From Eledone cirrhosa (Eukaryota), in the NCBI GenBank assembly GCA_964016885.1, contig OZ024743.1:153760001-153824000 (forward strand): a DNA stretch of 64,000 nucleotides. Direction: 5' to 3'. The stretch's first letter is position 1, and each line of letters starts with the position of its first letter. This document shows, in pieces, positions 50,256-62,298 of the stretch. Both the position numbers and the translations under genes were made by a program. Below the pieces are notes generated by a model. It did not search any database, was not told the DNA's origin, and worked only from the letters and a program-made list of their open reading frames with translations.

Positions 50256-51090
50256 GTGTGTGTGTATGTATATATGTATGTATGTAATATATATGGGCTG
50301 TAAGTATGTTCACATGTAGGGAAGTGAATATTGTGAGTTAGCATGCCCCCGCCCTTCACTTCTCCTCCCAAAACAATATCATCAACATACATTTCTGACA
50401 AATATTCCCAAACTATCCTTATTCTTCTCTTTGCTGTCATCCCATTCTTATCAAAAGACATGTATCTTACAACTCATTAACACCCCACCACCACCAGACT
50501 CACACCTAAATTCATTTTCAATACAGAAAATTGTTGAAGGTATTCTTTATAAATTTAAGAGAGTTAATTCAGTTATATTCCTCAAAGGTCATTTATTGAA
50601 ATGGAACCAGCAGGAGGGCACTTTTATAACCCCTTTCTTAAACACTCTTAAAAAAAAGCCAACAGCACTCCCAATCAATTATCTTGCTGTCACCATTCAC
50701 CATTTTCTGTGTATATATGTATATATGTGTATATATATATATATATATATGTGTATATGTGTATGCTTTAAATACTTTAAATCTTCATCAACACTCCTTC
50801 ACTCCCACACTCATTAACATCCCATCCCCTAGACCCATCCAAATCTCTCTTATCTATATATAGAGTCACACATCACAGCACAACCTCATTTCAATTTGAT
50901 AATCGCCATCAGAGAAAATTCTCCAGGAAAGTTAACCAGGAATCTTAAAAAATCTTCCTGCCGAAGAACTTACTAGATCTACCAACTCATAATATTATAT
51001 TATGAAATTAATTCAAATTGTTTAGAACTACAAGTAAAGTCATTCTTTTCCTTTTTTCAAATATACCTAACTGTACCAAGGATTTCACAC

Positions 51091-51164
<74 letters not shown>

Positions 51165-51250
51165 GTAGTAATATTAAATTTGAAGACTAAAATCCAAAGA
51201 GGGCGCGATAAGGTTAAATATATATAAAATATATAAGAACCGTAGAGCAA

Positions 51251-51385
51251 ATATTTATTAAAGTAACAGATTAAGGTTTAAGCAAAGAATCGCTGCTTTC
51301 ACCATTAACGGGATCTTTTGTTTCAGAAGATCCCGTTAAGGGTAAAAGCAGCGATTCTTTCCTTAAACTTTAATCTGTTATTTTA

Positions 51386-51393
<8 letters not shown>
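51251..51393. repeat. Foldback inverted repeat, ~70-bp arms, from a family also present at 41420-41515
   Basis: TATTTATTAAAGTAACAGATTAA...GGGATCTTTTG-TTT-CAGAAGATCCC...TTAATCTGTTATTTTAATAAATA. Confidence 0.9.
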
Positions 51394-51442
<49 letters not shown>

Positions 51443-52215
51443 TATTAAAGGTGCAAATTAATTGCGTCCGTAGGCGGTAAGCATATATGGACACACAATG
51501 CTCGTGAGGAGTAGAGTATCAATAACAATAACAGATAACGTAACAAAGAATCAGTGTAGCATAAGATACATGATTCACTGTCGATCAGCTCCAGGAACGG
51601 AATAGCATTACTTGGTTAATCCCAAGTCCGAGATCATCATGTCTTGCAGGCACCACTGGGAATGCACTTTTTCTGCACTTAACTTTGCCAGATAGGAGCT
51701 TAATGAGTGCATGCAGACAACGGGAGTCAGGACCACCTGTGCACCGGGGTGGCCCTTCGTTTTGCTGAACACTTGAACAGGCTTTTGGGCCCACCCTTCA
51801 TGTACAACATAGCACATATTAAAACGCATACATATGTAGGAACATTCCCATGCACATACTACGTACTCATACATAACATCTTACACAATGTAAAATGTAT
51901 GCGTAAAGTCACACACATGCACAATCACAGCATGTGGGCACATACTAAACTTGTTCATACATCCTTGCTTTTAGAAAATTCCTTTCTATGGTCAGCTATG
52001 ACCCCTCTACAGACAATCTATTTACCGTCAGCCGGATTCTATTTGTAACAACCTTGACTTCCACTACTCCTGTCGTATCTCCAACTTATACATACAAACT
52101 ATTTTTTTAAAAAGCTGTATTACATTTTCATTCTATATATCTGTGGGCGTGTGCGTGTGTAAGTCTGTCTGTGGATGAGACAGAGTGTGTGCTTATGTAT
52201 GTGTGTATATGTATA

Positions 52216-52304
<89 letters not shown>

Positions 52305-52316
52305 TATTATTATTAC

Positions 52317-52357
<41 letters not shown>

Positions 52358-52429
52358 ATATGATGGCTGCCCCCTCGTTCTCCAGTATGGCTATTGCACG
52401 ATACAACATTATTAATAATTATTAATTAA

Positions 52430-52990
52430 TGCTATCATGAAATGCTTGTGCGTGAAGATTTTTTGGAAGTGAGGAAAGACTGTGCACTGAGCCAATCCCA
52501 CTCTCTGAGCGACAGTAGCTATTACCTGAAAAGAAGAAAAGCTCAACATGATTGGTAACTACTGAGCCACAGGTTTTATCTTGGAATTATCCCAGTTTCC
52601 TGAGTTGCCTTCTCCTAGAAGAATGCCCTGACAAAGTCTAGGGGCCCTTCACTCCCAGTGGTTTAACCGCGCGATCGAATATCCAGGCCAATTACTTCTA
52701 TTTACCCATGCGTATACATACACATGTATACACATACATACATGTATATACATTTATACACATACATACATGTATATACATATTTACACATTTTTGGATA
52801 GCCATTGACTCTTTTGAGTTCTTCCACCCTTTGTTAGGTTTTGTTATTTGTCCTGCAGGGTGTCCAAATTCACCCTCCCCACCAAGTAAATTCGGCGGGG
52901 TTGCCGGTTTAGTCACCGATGACCCGAGCATGTGACAGGTGTACTGGGTTACATGTTACCAGTAGCACTCAAGAGTGACTAGACATGGTA
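52430..52990 (-). mobile_element. Two RTE-type 5'-UTR-like fragments split by a microsatellite
   Basis: GGGCATTCTTCTAGGAGAAGGCAACTC resembles an RTE leader motif (from memory); 52800-52990 forms several hairpins. Confidence 0.4.
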
Positions 52991-53004
52991 TAAAACCTAT
53001 ACAA

Positions 53005-53036
<32 letters not shown>

Positions 53037-53038
<2 letters not shown>

Positions 53039-53080
53039 TCATCATCATTTTACGTCCGCTTTTCCCTGCTTGCAAGGGTT
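53037..53080 (-). mobile_element. 44-bp extreme 3' end of the RTE family inside (TA)n
   Basis: Minus strand ACCCTTGCAAGCAGGGAAAAGCGGACGTAAAATGATGATG matches 14652-14695. Confidence 0.85.
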
Positions 53081-53133
53081 ATATATATATATTTGTATAG
53101 GTTTTATTTTTTCTGCTAATCATTTATCTGCAC

Positions 53134-53292
53134 GTGGATTGGCAGTATCTGTAGAGTTACGTCCCTTTATGGTCTGAGTTCAAATCCTGCCGAGGTTTAC
53201 TTTGCCTTCCATCCTTATGGGGTTGATAAAATAAAGTACCAGTAATACACTGGTTTAATTGCCGGCCTTGTGCCAAAATTAGAAATAATTAT
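53134..53292 (+). mobile_element. tRNA-derived SINE copy with internal deletion
   Basis: Homologous to 18480-18664. Confidence 0.88.
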
Positions 53293-53767
53293 TACTTTAT
53301 CTTATGTTTTTTCATATATAGATATTTTTTTAATTATTTTATTTTATTTCTATTTTTTATTTTATATTCTTTTAAGGTTGTAATCTTTTTTTTTTTTTAA
53401 ACGCATTCACTACCCCTATCTCACTACCATTCTTATATGTCCGTATTATTTATTTATCTATTTTCTAATCACCTCTGTATCTTTGTAAGGATTGGTTTCA
53501 TTTTTGTATCATTATACTTTTACCTTTATATTTTTTTACTTTTATAATCTTGTATTGCTTTATTTCCTTCCTGCTTACTTCAAAGAGTATAGCAGCAATA
53601 TTAAAGCAGATGAGCTGCCTTGCAAGAATGAGTATGCCAACTTGACCAAGAATAGCAGTAATAACTGCTAAATCATAGGCTGCCCCCAACTGTGATTTGA
53701 CTGAATACAACTCAACAAGTAGAATGCAGTGATGGCTCATTCCTTTGACAGAATGTGTGGCAGCATA

Positions 53768-53953
53768 AAATAATTGTTTCTACGTTAGGTACAAGGCCAT
53801 AAATTATCCAGTTCATTACTGGTACTTTATTTTATCGACCCCGTAAGGATGAAAGCCAAAGTTAACCTTGGCGGGATTTGAACTCAGAATGGCAAGGGCC
53901 GTAACTCTATACGTCAAAGCATGGCGTCCGACCCTCTACCAATACTGCCAAAT
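53768..53953 (-). mobile_element. tRNA-derived SINE copy
   Basis: Homologous to 18480-18664. Confidence 0.9.
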
Positions 53954-54202
53954 AAGATAATGAATCAGGATACATATCCAACCACTCTTAGATGTGAGTC
54001 TACATATTAACACATATCTGTCTTATTGCCTCCTTTTGTACACTGCATTCTTAAAAAGCCCATTTTCAAAGATGGCAGTTTATATATTTGTCATCTCCGA
54101 CGTTTTAAAGACTGAATTGTTCCTGAATACGTAGCCTGTTCTTTTTGCAATTCATACGGCCTATGATTATTCCTTTTGTGACAGCATTAAAAACAAACAA
54201 CT

Positions 54203-54309
54203 TTCCTCTGAAGAATATAATGGGTACAATTCTACGGAAGTATATAGATATTGTTTATTCACTCCATAGACTTATCGGCTATACCCAGAAGATTAAACAC
54301 CGAGAGGAA
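54203..54309 (+). ncRNA. Degenerate hammerhead relic with long stem II
   Basis: UUCCU-CUGAAGA..UGGGUA...UACCCA..UAAAC..AGGAA; GAAA and the cleavage triplet are mutated. Confidence 0.4.
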
Positions 54310-54724
54310 TGAAATTTGTTCTTAAAGGTCTTGTTTTCTCCACCATATATTTCTATTTATACTCACTCTGCTTATCGTCTGCACTTTAACTCTCCTTAAA
54401 TATTAACTCCACTATGATATTTAATCTTGCATCTTTAGCCATTGAGCATACTTTGATTTGTTTAAAGCATCTAACATAATATATCATAATATTTTCTCCT
54501 CTGTTCTTATGATATATGAGTTCTCTATTTTGATATATACAGTATATAATATGTCCATACGATAAGCTATATTATGTAAATTATTATTCTAATAACCCGA
54601 TGGCAAAGGCCAATGTTGGAAATGTCTCTATAAGTGTTTTGATGTTAGCAGCAAACCAGATTTTCAATAATATCGCTGATTTTTATAACAGCACCCTGGC
54701 CCTTATAACATATAGCTAGAAAAT

Positions 54725-54920
54725 ATTATACTCACTAGGTTATGAAAACAATATGCAGGGGCCAAGAAATTATATCCCATTTTAGGTTAAATTGTTGGTT
54801 ATTTTCGCGCAGCTGCCAAGCCTTGTCTGCGAGTGTTGTTACATAACGCTGGTTTTCATGTTTTATCGAGTAACGATGTCTATAAAGGCGAGATTTATCA
54901 ACTCTTCTATTGTTTACCAT
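54725..54920 (-). mobile_element. Penelope/Poseidon-type GIY-YIG fragment
   Basis: KSRLYRHRYSIKHE..TTLADKAWQLRE..FNLKWDII. Confidence 0.65.
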
Positions 54921-55312
54921 TTAATATAAACTGCTATAGATAAAATGAGATTTCTTAATTCAATTCCCTAATGCATATACCAGCAGGCTACCAGCATTGT
55001 TGTTATACAGTAACAGTGAACATCTCTCTCTTCCTTACTTGACACTTTATATCTGTATTAATGCTACTATACCAAACGACCAGCCCTGTCCATTGTTCAA
55101 TTGGTCAAATATAGATTAAAATAGGCACTCCCAAAAATTATTATTTAGATAAAATAAGCCATATACTCATTGTATTCTCATTAAAAACCTTCTATATACT
55201 TGTTTACCAGCAAATTGAATTGCCATCTGTCATATACTATCCCTTCTCTTCTTCCTTTCTTACAACTAATATAAATACTTTAATTTTTCTGATTTTTTTC
55301 CAATTTATCCAA

Positions 55313-55430
55313 TATCTCTGAAGAAGTGACAACTGATTATACATTTGCTATCGAATACTTGCTAACATTATATGATTACGCAAGCAGCGATACATAGATA
55401 TTCCGTCTGTTACAGAAACATATATCAATA
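55313..55430 (+). ncRNA. Degenerate hammerhead relic with very long stem II
   Basis: CUGAAGA-A-GUGACA..UAUCG..CUUGC..GCAAG..CGAUA..UGUUAC-A-GAAAC-AUAU-AUC; stem I is damaged. Confidence 0.55.
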
Positions 55431-55585
55431 CCTAATAAAGTCCTTTATAAAAGCACTTTCATTTTATATTCATCTTTTCTATATTTTCTCCGGAATATAA
55501 TTTATACTCGTTGAGCAAACCTGCACGTACGCTGTTCATCTCTAACGTGACGATATATTATCACTACATTATTGATAACTTGAAA

Positions 55586-55642
<57 letters not shown>

Positions 55643-56289
55643 ACATGCATGTTGATGTGTTCCCAAAAGAAGGAACACAATGTAAAAGTAAATGTTAAAA
55701 TTATGAAATGAATTATAATAAATAATGTCCTAGACACTCAAATATAAATAGTGTAAATAACAATTCAAATGGAAAAAATAATTCTAAATTAATTTAACAA
55801 TACCCTTGCTGGGACATTTTCCTTATATCAAAATCTATTACATTAATAGAAAACCCAGTTGATTCTCCTTTGGAGAATGCTTACTGTTCAGTATATGGAA
55901 AATAATTCAAGAAATTGAAATTGATTGCCGAAAGTATGAAAACAATTTGAACAAATAAAACTCAATGGTGAAATTACGAATGAATTATTGTACAAACAAT
56001 TCCTGTTGCTCAAATATAAATAATGTATATAACAATTTAAATGAAAAAAAATGATATAGATTAACTTAATTTAACAATAACCTCACTCAGAACATTATAT
56101 TCAACATCACATAATATTGATAAAATTTGATTAGTAGCGAGTATAATGTTTTATTTTAAATCGTCCAGTTAATTATTTTTTAGTTTTGGTTTTACTTTTG
56201 GTTTAAATTTTGTTTTTTTGTGTCTTTTATATCTAAAGAACTTCACCTTAAACAATGTTTTTAACTTTTTCATCTTTTGATAAATATTT

Positions 56290-57868
56290 TAACACATTGC
56301 ATCTTGAGTTCCTTCCTTCCATTTTCTTGGAATTCCAACAAAATTAGAAGTTAAATTACAGCCCTACCTAATTATTGTGCATTGAGTACTCCTTCATTAT
56401 TTAGAGAATCTTTTAAAAGCGAATACTCTTCAACCCATAGCTTTGTTTGGTGCTGTTTAATGTACACTAACCGTTCACACTCAATTTTGACATACATATC
56501 AACTAAGTACATTTGGAACAATCGTTTACAGCTTACAATTTGATTCCAAGTATTTCTTAGTTGTAAATCACATGCACAATATTGCCTGTATGTAACGTTC
56601 TTATTTGGGACTGTTTGATTTGTATTTGGGTTGTATAAATGTAAATCCAACGAATAGCCATCATTTCCTCTCCAATGAATCAAAGGATATTGTAATGGAT
56701 CATAGGATCTATGTAATTCATTGATTTTCTTACAGTGTTATCTTTATAAGTGAAAATGATATTTCTTCGTAGACATTCGTTACTAATCACACATCATTAT
56801 ATACTCGGTCATTGTTCCTTCGTGTATGCTCACCAGCTGGTACTGTATCTGCAACAATTGACAATTGAAGATTTAACAAGAGATGCCATAGTTTTAATTT
56901 ATCTGATAAGCTCACTATTTTCCAAAAGCATTTCTTGGATGTGTCTTATAGTGTGTAAATGTGTTTCAGGAAACCTATTATTTCTAATATTAATTTGTTC
57001 ATTTAAATCATCAATAAAATTAACTTGAGCATATTTAGGAATATTATAAACTGCATTATACAATGAACTTATCCTGTGATTAATTTGACCTTGTATTTTA
57101 AAAACTGACATGAATCCCTGCAGAGGTATTGATTCACTGACTCCAAATGGTGTCATGGAAAACAATTCGTTATATTTGTTTAATATTCTTTAAGAAGTTT
57201 TTGGAATTCCATGTTTCCCCCAGCATTAGTGTATTTACAGTTCCAGGTGGTCTTTCAATTAAATTCCATTTAACTTTACCATTTGAACAACATAATCCCA
57301 CGGGTTCATCTTTAAATAATTTTGCACAACAATGCTTACAAACTACTGATATTGTTCCTAAATTTGATAGGTTATCATAACTTTTACTTGGATCATGTTC
57401 AAATGCGGCATTTAACAGAACTACGTAGTTCAGCATACCTTGATTTTTTTACTTGAGTTACACTTTCTTGTTCCTCCCTAGTACGAGAATGTCTTGCTTC
57501 ATTGTGGGAAATTCTATTTTCCTCTCTTATTTCATCTCTTCATTTTTCTGTTAAATTTCCTCTCAACTCTTGGAGAGCTAATCTGTTTTCTTCTATAATT
57601 TCATTTCTCCTTTGAATTGTGAACCTTACCCCATCTTTGTCTTTGATACTCGCGATTTCTCGCTCTCTGAATTTCTTTCTCTTCTTCATTCATTTCCTTT
57701 CTCTTTCGGCACTTTCTTTCTGAGGTATTTGAAATTTTCCTTACATCATTAATATTATTGTTGTTTCAGTTTGAAAGGGTTATCATTATTATGTGCTGTA
57801 TTAATATTGATATCATAATTTTCTGAAGTGACACTGTTGTTAAATGAATTTGTGCCGTTTGCTACCAT
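56290..57868 (-). mobile_element. Helitron RepHel N-terminal relic
   Basis: CKHCCAKLFKDE..CCSNGKV, FLKNI, FKIQGQINHRI, HRSYDPLQYPL..GNDG, RLFQMYLVDMYVKIECERL, SNFVGIPR..QDAM; no helicase in view. Confidence 0.9.
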
Positions 57869-58181
57869 GGCGAAAATATATGGATGACAAAGAAGAGTAA
57901 GATGAAATAAGAAAGGTTTGAAGAAGAAAGAATAGAGTGATCCAATTGTTCAAACAACGGAATACTCTGATCATGAAATTAACGAGTTCCACAGATACGT
58001 TCAATCTTAGCCAAGAATCAAATTTGACGACCTAATAGTTTCTTTCTGTATTTGTTCTATTTGTATATCATTCCAGCAGACAACAATTACTTGTGTGTGT
58101 ATGTGTAGGTTTGTGTGTATGCATGTCAGTGTCATAATATACAGCCAATCATGTAATTCTCAATCTTAAGCAAACATACAG

Positions 58182-58243
<62 letters not shown>

Positions 58244-58380
58244 CTCACTTTAGCGGTGTTGGTGAGAGCGAGCCGTGGTAGCAATAAGAGTACAGGCAGT
58301 GACAGTAGGAGTAGGTGTGTGACATCATAAGATAGACACTGCAGAAAGTTTTGAGATAGATAGATAGATAGGCAAGTACC

Positions 58381-58676
58381 GGTCGTGTCCTTGGCCCTAA
58401 TGCTTCCTCCCTACTCACCACCATAGGTGCCGAGCTGGCCAGCCACAGGTGCGAGCCTTATGAGTTGGAATGGCTCTTCCAGTGCATCTCCTTCACCATT
58501 CTCCGGGAAAACGCCTCCTCCATTCTATCTGCCGGGGCTGTGGAGAGGCCAGCACGTGGGACCCCATTTGCTTACCACACGGAGACATGGAGAGGGCAAG
58601 AGAGATGGAGGAGATGACAGTGGGAGTTCGGCTCCTCTACGTTCGGACCATATCCTTGTCACTGTGTTCATTAAGC
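58381..58676 (+). mobile_element. 5'-truncated 3' end of a CRE-like family related to 4125-7280
   Basis: Aligns by eye with 7019-7180 (TCACCACCATAGGTGC.GAGCTGGCCAGC..TGGCTCTTCCAG..CCATTCT.TCTGCCGGGGCTGTGG); its 3' UTR differs. Confidence 0.88.
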
Positions 58677-59612
58677 AGGTAGGTAGGTATATATATAGAT
58701 ATGTAGGTAGGTAAATACATGTGTGTGATTGTAATAATTATTTTTAACACAACAGATAGAATATGGATGATAATTCAAGTTAATACACTTCTCAATGTTA
58801 TCTAATGGTTGTATTTTGATATGTGACATCGATCATCGTATTTGAATGCATTTGAGTTTAGTTACTGAAAAAAAACGCTGGTTAGTTTAGGTGTATGTAG
58901 TTACTGAAAGAAAGCTGTTTAAAAATAATTATTACATACACACACATGTACGCAAACATATACATAAACAGACTCATGAGAGAAAATAATTATTACATGC
59001 ACACACATATTTGTAAGTGAGTATATGTGTGTGAGTATGTGTATGTATGTGTGTGTATGTGTGTGTGCATATGCATACATTTATATGTATGAGTAACACA
59101 GGTGTAGTGAATGCTGTTCACTGTTTTCTATACTTTATCACAGCCGCCTTCTTTCCAACTCATCACATAGATGTTACAACTATTTTTTTTAAAGTGTGTC
59201 TGTTTATATATATGTATGTGTAAATGAGCGTGTGTCTGTAATTCTATTGTCTATGTTCCTTTCTAAATAAATATACACAAACACATATGCACTCACTCAA
59301 ATATATATAAATATTTTACACATACACACACATACACACACACAAACATTCACATAATCATAACAGCCAATGTGTGTAGCCAATTCGCTATACATACACA
59401 CACAGACACTGGTGGAAAGGGTTGGAAGTCTGTTGGCTGTTTTTGCCCTAGTTTTTTCACCCACCCCTTCCTCCCTTTTATACGACATACACACATACCC
59501 TCATACAGAGTTGAAATGCTGTTTGATTAGTTTTTTGGCGTAGAATGTTCACCATTCCACTTTCATTAGTGGACTGACACATGGACACCATTCGACTTTT
59601 ATTAATATAGAT

Positions 59613-59890
59613 GAGGCATGGGCAACCTTTTTCGAGAAACGGGCCACATTGAATATGGCTTATTATCAGGCGGGCCGCAAGCGTTAATTTCGTGCCCACA
59701 TTTAAAATAAAGGGCGGTGACTCAGGATTTGTTTTTCAGAATTCGTACACGATTTTTCCCTCGATCATAAAGATGATAGAAAGATAAATTACGACTGAAA
59801 ATTTGGGGTAAAAAAGTTAGAAAGATTTCCCTTAGGTGACTTAGGCAAGCCATTCAGAAAGCTTTGTGGGCTGTAGGTAGCCCATGACTG
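59613..59890. mobile_element. hAT-type MITE relic
   Basis: Imperfect TIRs GAGGCATGGGCAACCT / AGGTAGCCCATGACTG; TSD is degraded. Confidence 0.6.
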
Positions 59891-60306
59891 TATGGATCAT
59901 TGGTTTTGATGAGTAAATTGACCTTATCAAATATAAATTTAAAAAAGTCAAAGATTAAAAGTTGAAAAATTGGAAGTTGAAGAAAATCTCTTCATTTTTG
60001 TGTAAGGAGAATATTTGTGTTTATATCAACGAATTATTCTTTATATATACTGTTCTTTGTATGGGTGCCATAGTGAGATTTTAATTGTTGGTCAAAATTA
60101 AATTGAATTTCTTTTTATGAGAAGGTTTTTGTGGTGTGTCTATTCTGTCAAGTGAATCAACAGTGGTATATACTGGTCAAAAGTTCAATGTTTTTTGTGG
60201 GTTGAAAGGAAGACAGGAAATCAGAAATTGTCAAAGATCTATTTTTAGAGTAATGGTTGATTTTGAAAAAAAATATAATTCTTCTTTTGTCTTCTGGTGT
60301 GTGTGC

Positions 60307-60389
<83 letters not shown>

Positions 60390-60877
60390 AGTGTAATTTA
60401 CTACACAAAACGAAGGTTATAGAGAAAATTGAGGTTGGTAATGGCACATGGAATATATGAGAGACAGAATACTTTTTTGTGAAAAATCATATAATTTTAT
60501 AAGGTAAGGAAATAATAAAGGGTATAAAAAATGATCGGTTTCGATGGGTCTGCAAAAGCCATCTTTACAAATGTTGATTAATATTAAGAAAAATTAATAA
60601 TAAGAAGAGTTAAAATTTGAGATTTGAAAATTCAAGTATAGAATTCATTGTGGGATTTCATAGAAGTTTTCATCTTGGTAGCAGCTCGTTGACTGCTTCT
60701 GGTAGTGAATGAGAAGTTATTTGGGGTGTGGGTTATTTTATAAAGGTCAAATTTAGCAATGGCCAGATGGCCAGCTGCTGGTCAGTGAGGGGGTGGAAGC
60801 AATATACATACATATATCTTCCTGTGCTCGGTAGGAGAGGGGAGATTGATAGAAAGGGATTTAGTGCACTTACACCT

Positions 60878-60911
60878 ATATATACACACATACCTTCATC
60901 CACACATACAT

Positions 60912-60962
<51 letters not shown>

Positions 60963-61003
60963 TACATATACATACACACATACACACACACATATATGCA
61001 CAT

Positions 61004-61051
<48 letters not shown>

Positions 61052-61412
61052 ACATACATATATATACACACATATACATACACATATATATACACACACC
61101 CACACATACATACACACACACACATATATATACATACACACATACAAACACACACACACACACACATATATACACATACACACACATATATATATATACA
61201 CACATACACACATATATATATATACACATACGCATACATCCAGATACACACATACATACACACACACACACACACACACGCACACACGATACATACATCC
61301 ACATGCACACACACATACACACACACACACACACACACATATATACACATACATACACCCACACACAGAGAAATGGCCTCCAAATATATATATATACATA
61401 CATACACATATA
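60878..61412. repeat. Compound (CA)n/(TA)n microsatellite
   Basis: Direct observation. Confidence 0.95.
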
Positions 61413-61722
61413 TTGTTTCCATAATATAAGAAGTTAGGGCAGTGAAATTAAAATACAAGTCATTCTGATCACATTGAGTTCTTCATGTAGATTGGGCCCC
61501 GCAACCGACAGTGGTGAATTCTGTGTGCGCATATATATATAGATATATGTGTGTGGACATGGATGTGTTGGTCACACAAAGGCATGGTCTGTCAACGAAT
61601 AAACCTGATTCTACAGAATTGGTCTCTGGTCTTTAATAATAGTGATAATTATATACATGCACACATACAAACACATATATATGTCACTCCGTGCGTATGT
61701 GTGTTTATATTTTATGACAATT

Positions 61723-62298
61723 CTATTGGGGTGATAACCCGTTTAGTTTTGGTTTAAATTTGTTAAGGAATAGATTTTCTTTGTTTATTCTTTGTTGCTG
61801 TGTGAACGAATCTGAGCACTTGTAGAAGGGGAAGATTTTAAAGTTGGGTAGTGTCATTCCTGCGCAGTTCGCAATATGGCTGCTCAAGGGGATTTTTCTT
61901 GTGCTAGCGTCCCGGATTTGTTGGCGGTGGATGGTCATTCTTTTGCGTAATGAGGTGCCCGTCTGTCCTATGTAGTTGTGTTTGCACCCACCGCAAGTTA
62001 TTGCGTAAATCAAGTTCTCCGAGTTGCAGGTGAAATTGTTTTTTACTGTAAATGTTTGGCCATCTTTAAATGTAAATTTTTGTCCTTCAGTGAGGTAGAG
62101 GCACGTTCCACAGTTTGTTCTACCACATTTGGTAACTGTAGGGTTGAGGATTGGTTTGGGTATATTTGGTCCAGTGAGAATGCGTTTTAGTGATTTGGGT
62201 TGTCTTTTACTTTTAAGGATCTTGTGTGTTTCAAGAATAGACTTCATTTTTACATCTTTAAGTAGGATGGGGAGGTTTTTGTGTAGGTGATCAAACAT
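61723..62298 (-). CDS. Cys-rich linker + GIY-YIG endonuclease of the same PLE, separated by one frameshift
   Basis: KCGRTNCGTC linker, FTCNSENLIYAITCGGC..YIGQTG..LRKRMTIHRQQIR..H..KE..F..KFKPKLN. Confidence 0.9.
   Translation of the reverse strand: MFDHLHKNLPILLKDVKMKSILETHKILKSKRQPKSLKRILTGPNIPKPILNPTVTKCGRTNCGTCLYLTEGQKFTFKDGQTFTVKNNFTCNSENLIYAITCGGCKHNYIGQTGTSLRKRMTIHRQQIRDASTRKIPLSSHIANCAGMTLPNFKIFPFYKCSDSFTQQQRINKENLFLNKFKPKLNGLSPQ

Noticed and set aside
50955-51020. Hammerhead in the pLTR of the 46-51 kb PLE
   Set aside because: Only a hairpin and a palindrome; the core nucleotides are not recoverable.
51440-51810. Possible solo LTR
   Set aside because: Only one plausible terminus, with no TSD or second copy.
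60530-60575. Minus-strand GATGG..CCATC-GAAACCGATC hammerhead-like motif
   Set aside because: The CUGANGA box has three mismatches and stem I is weak.
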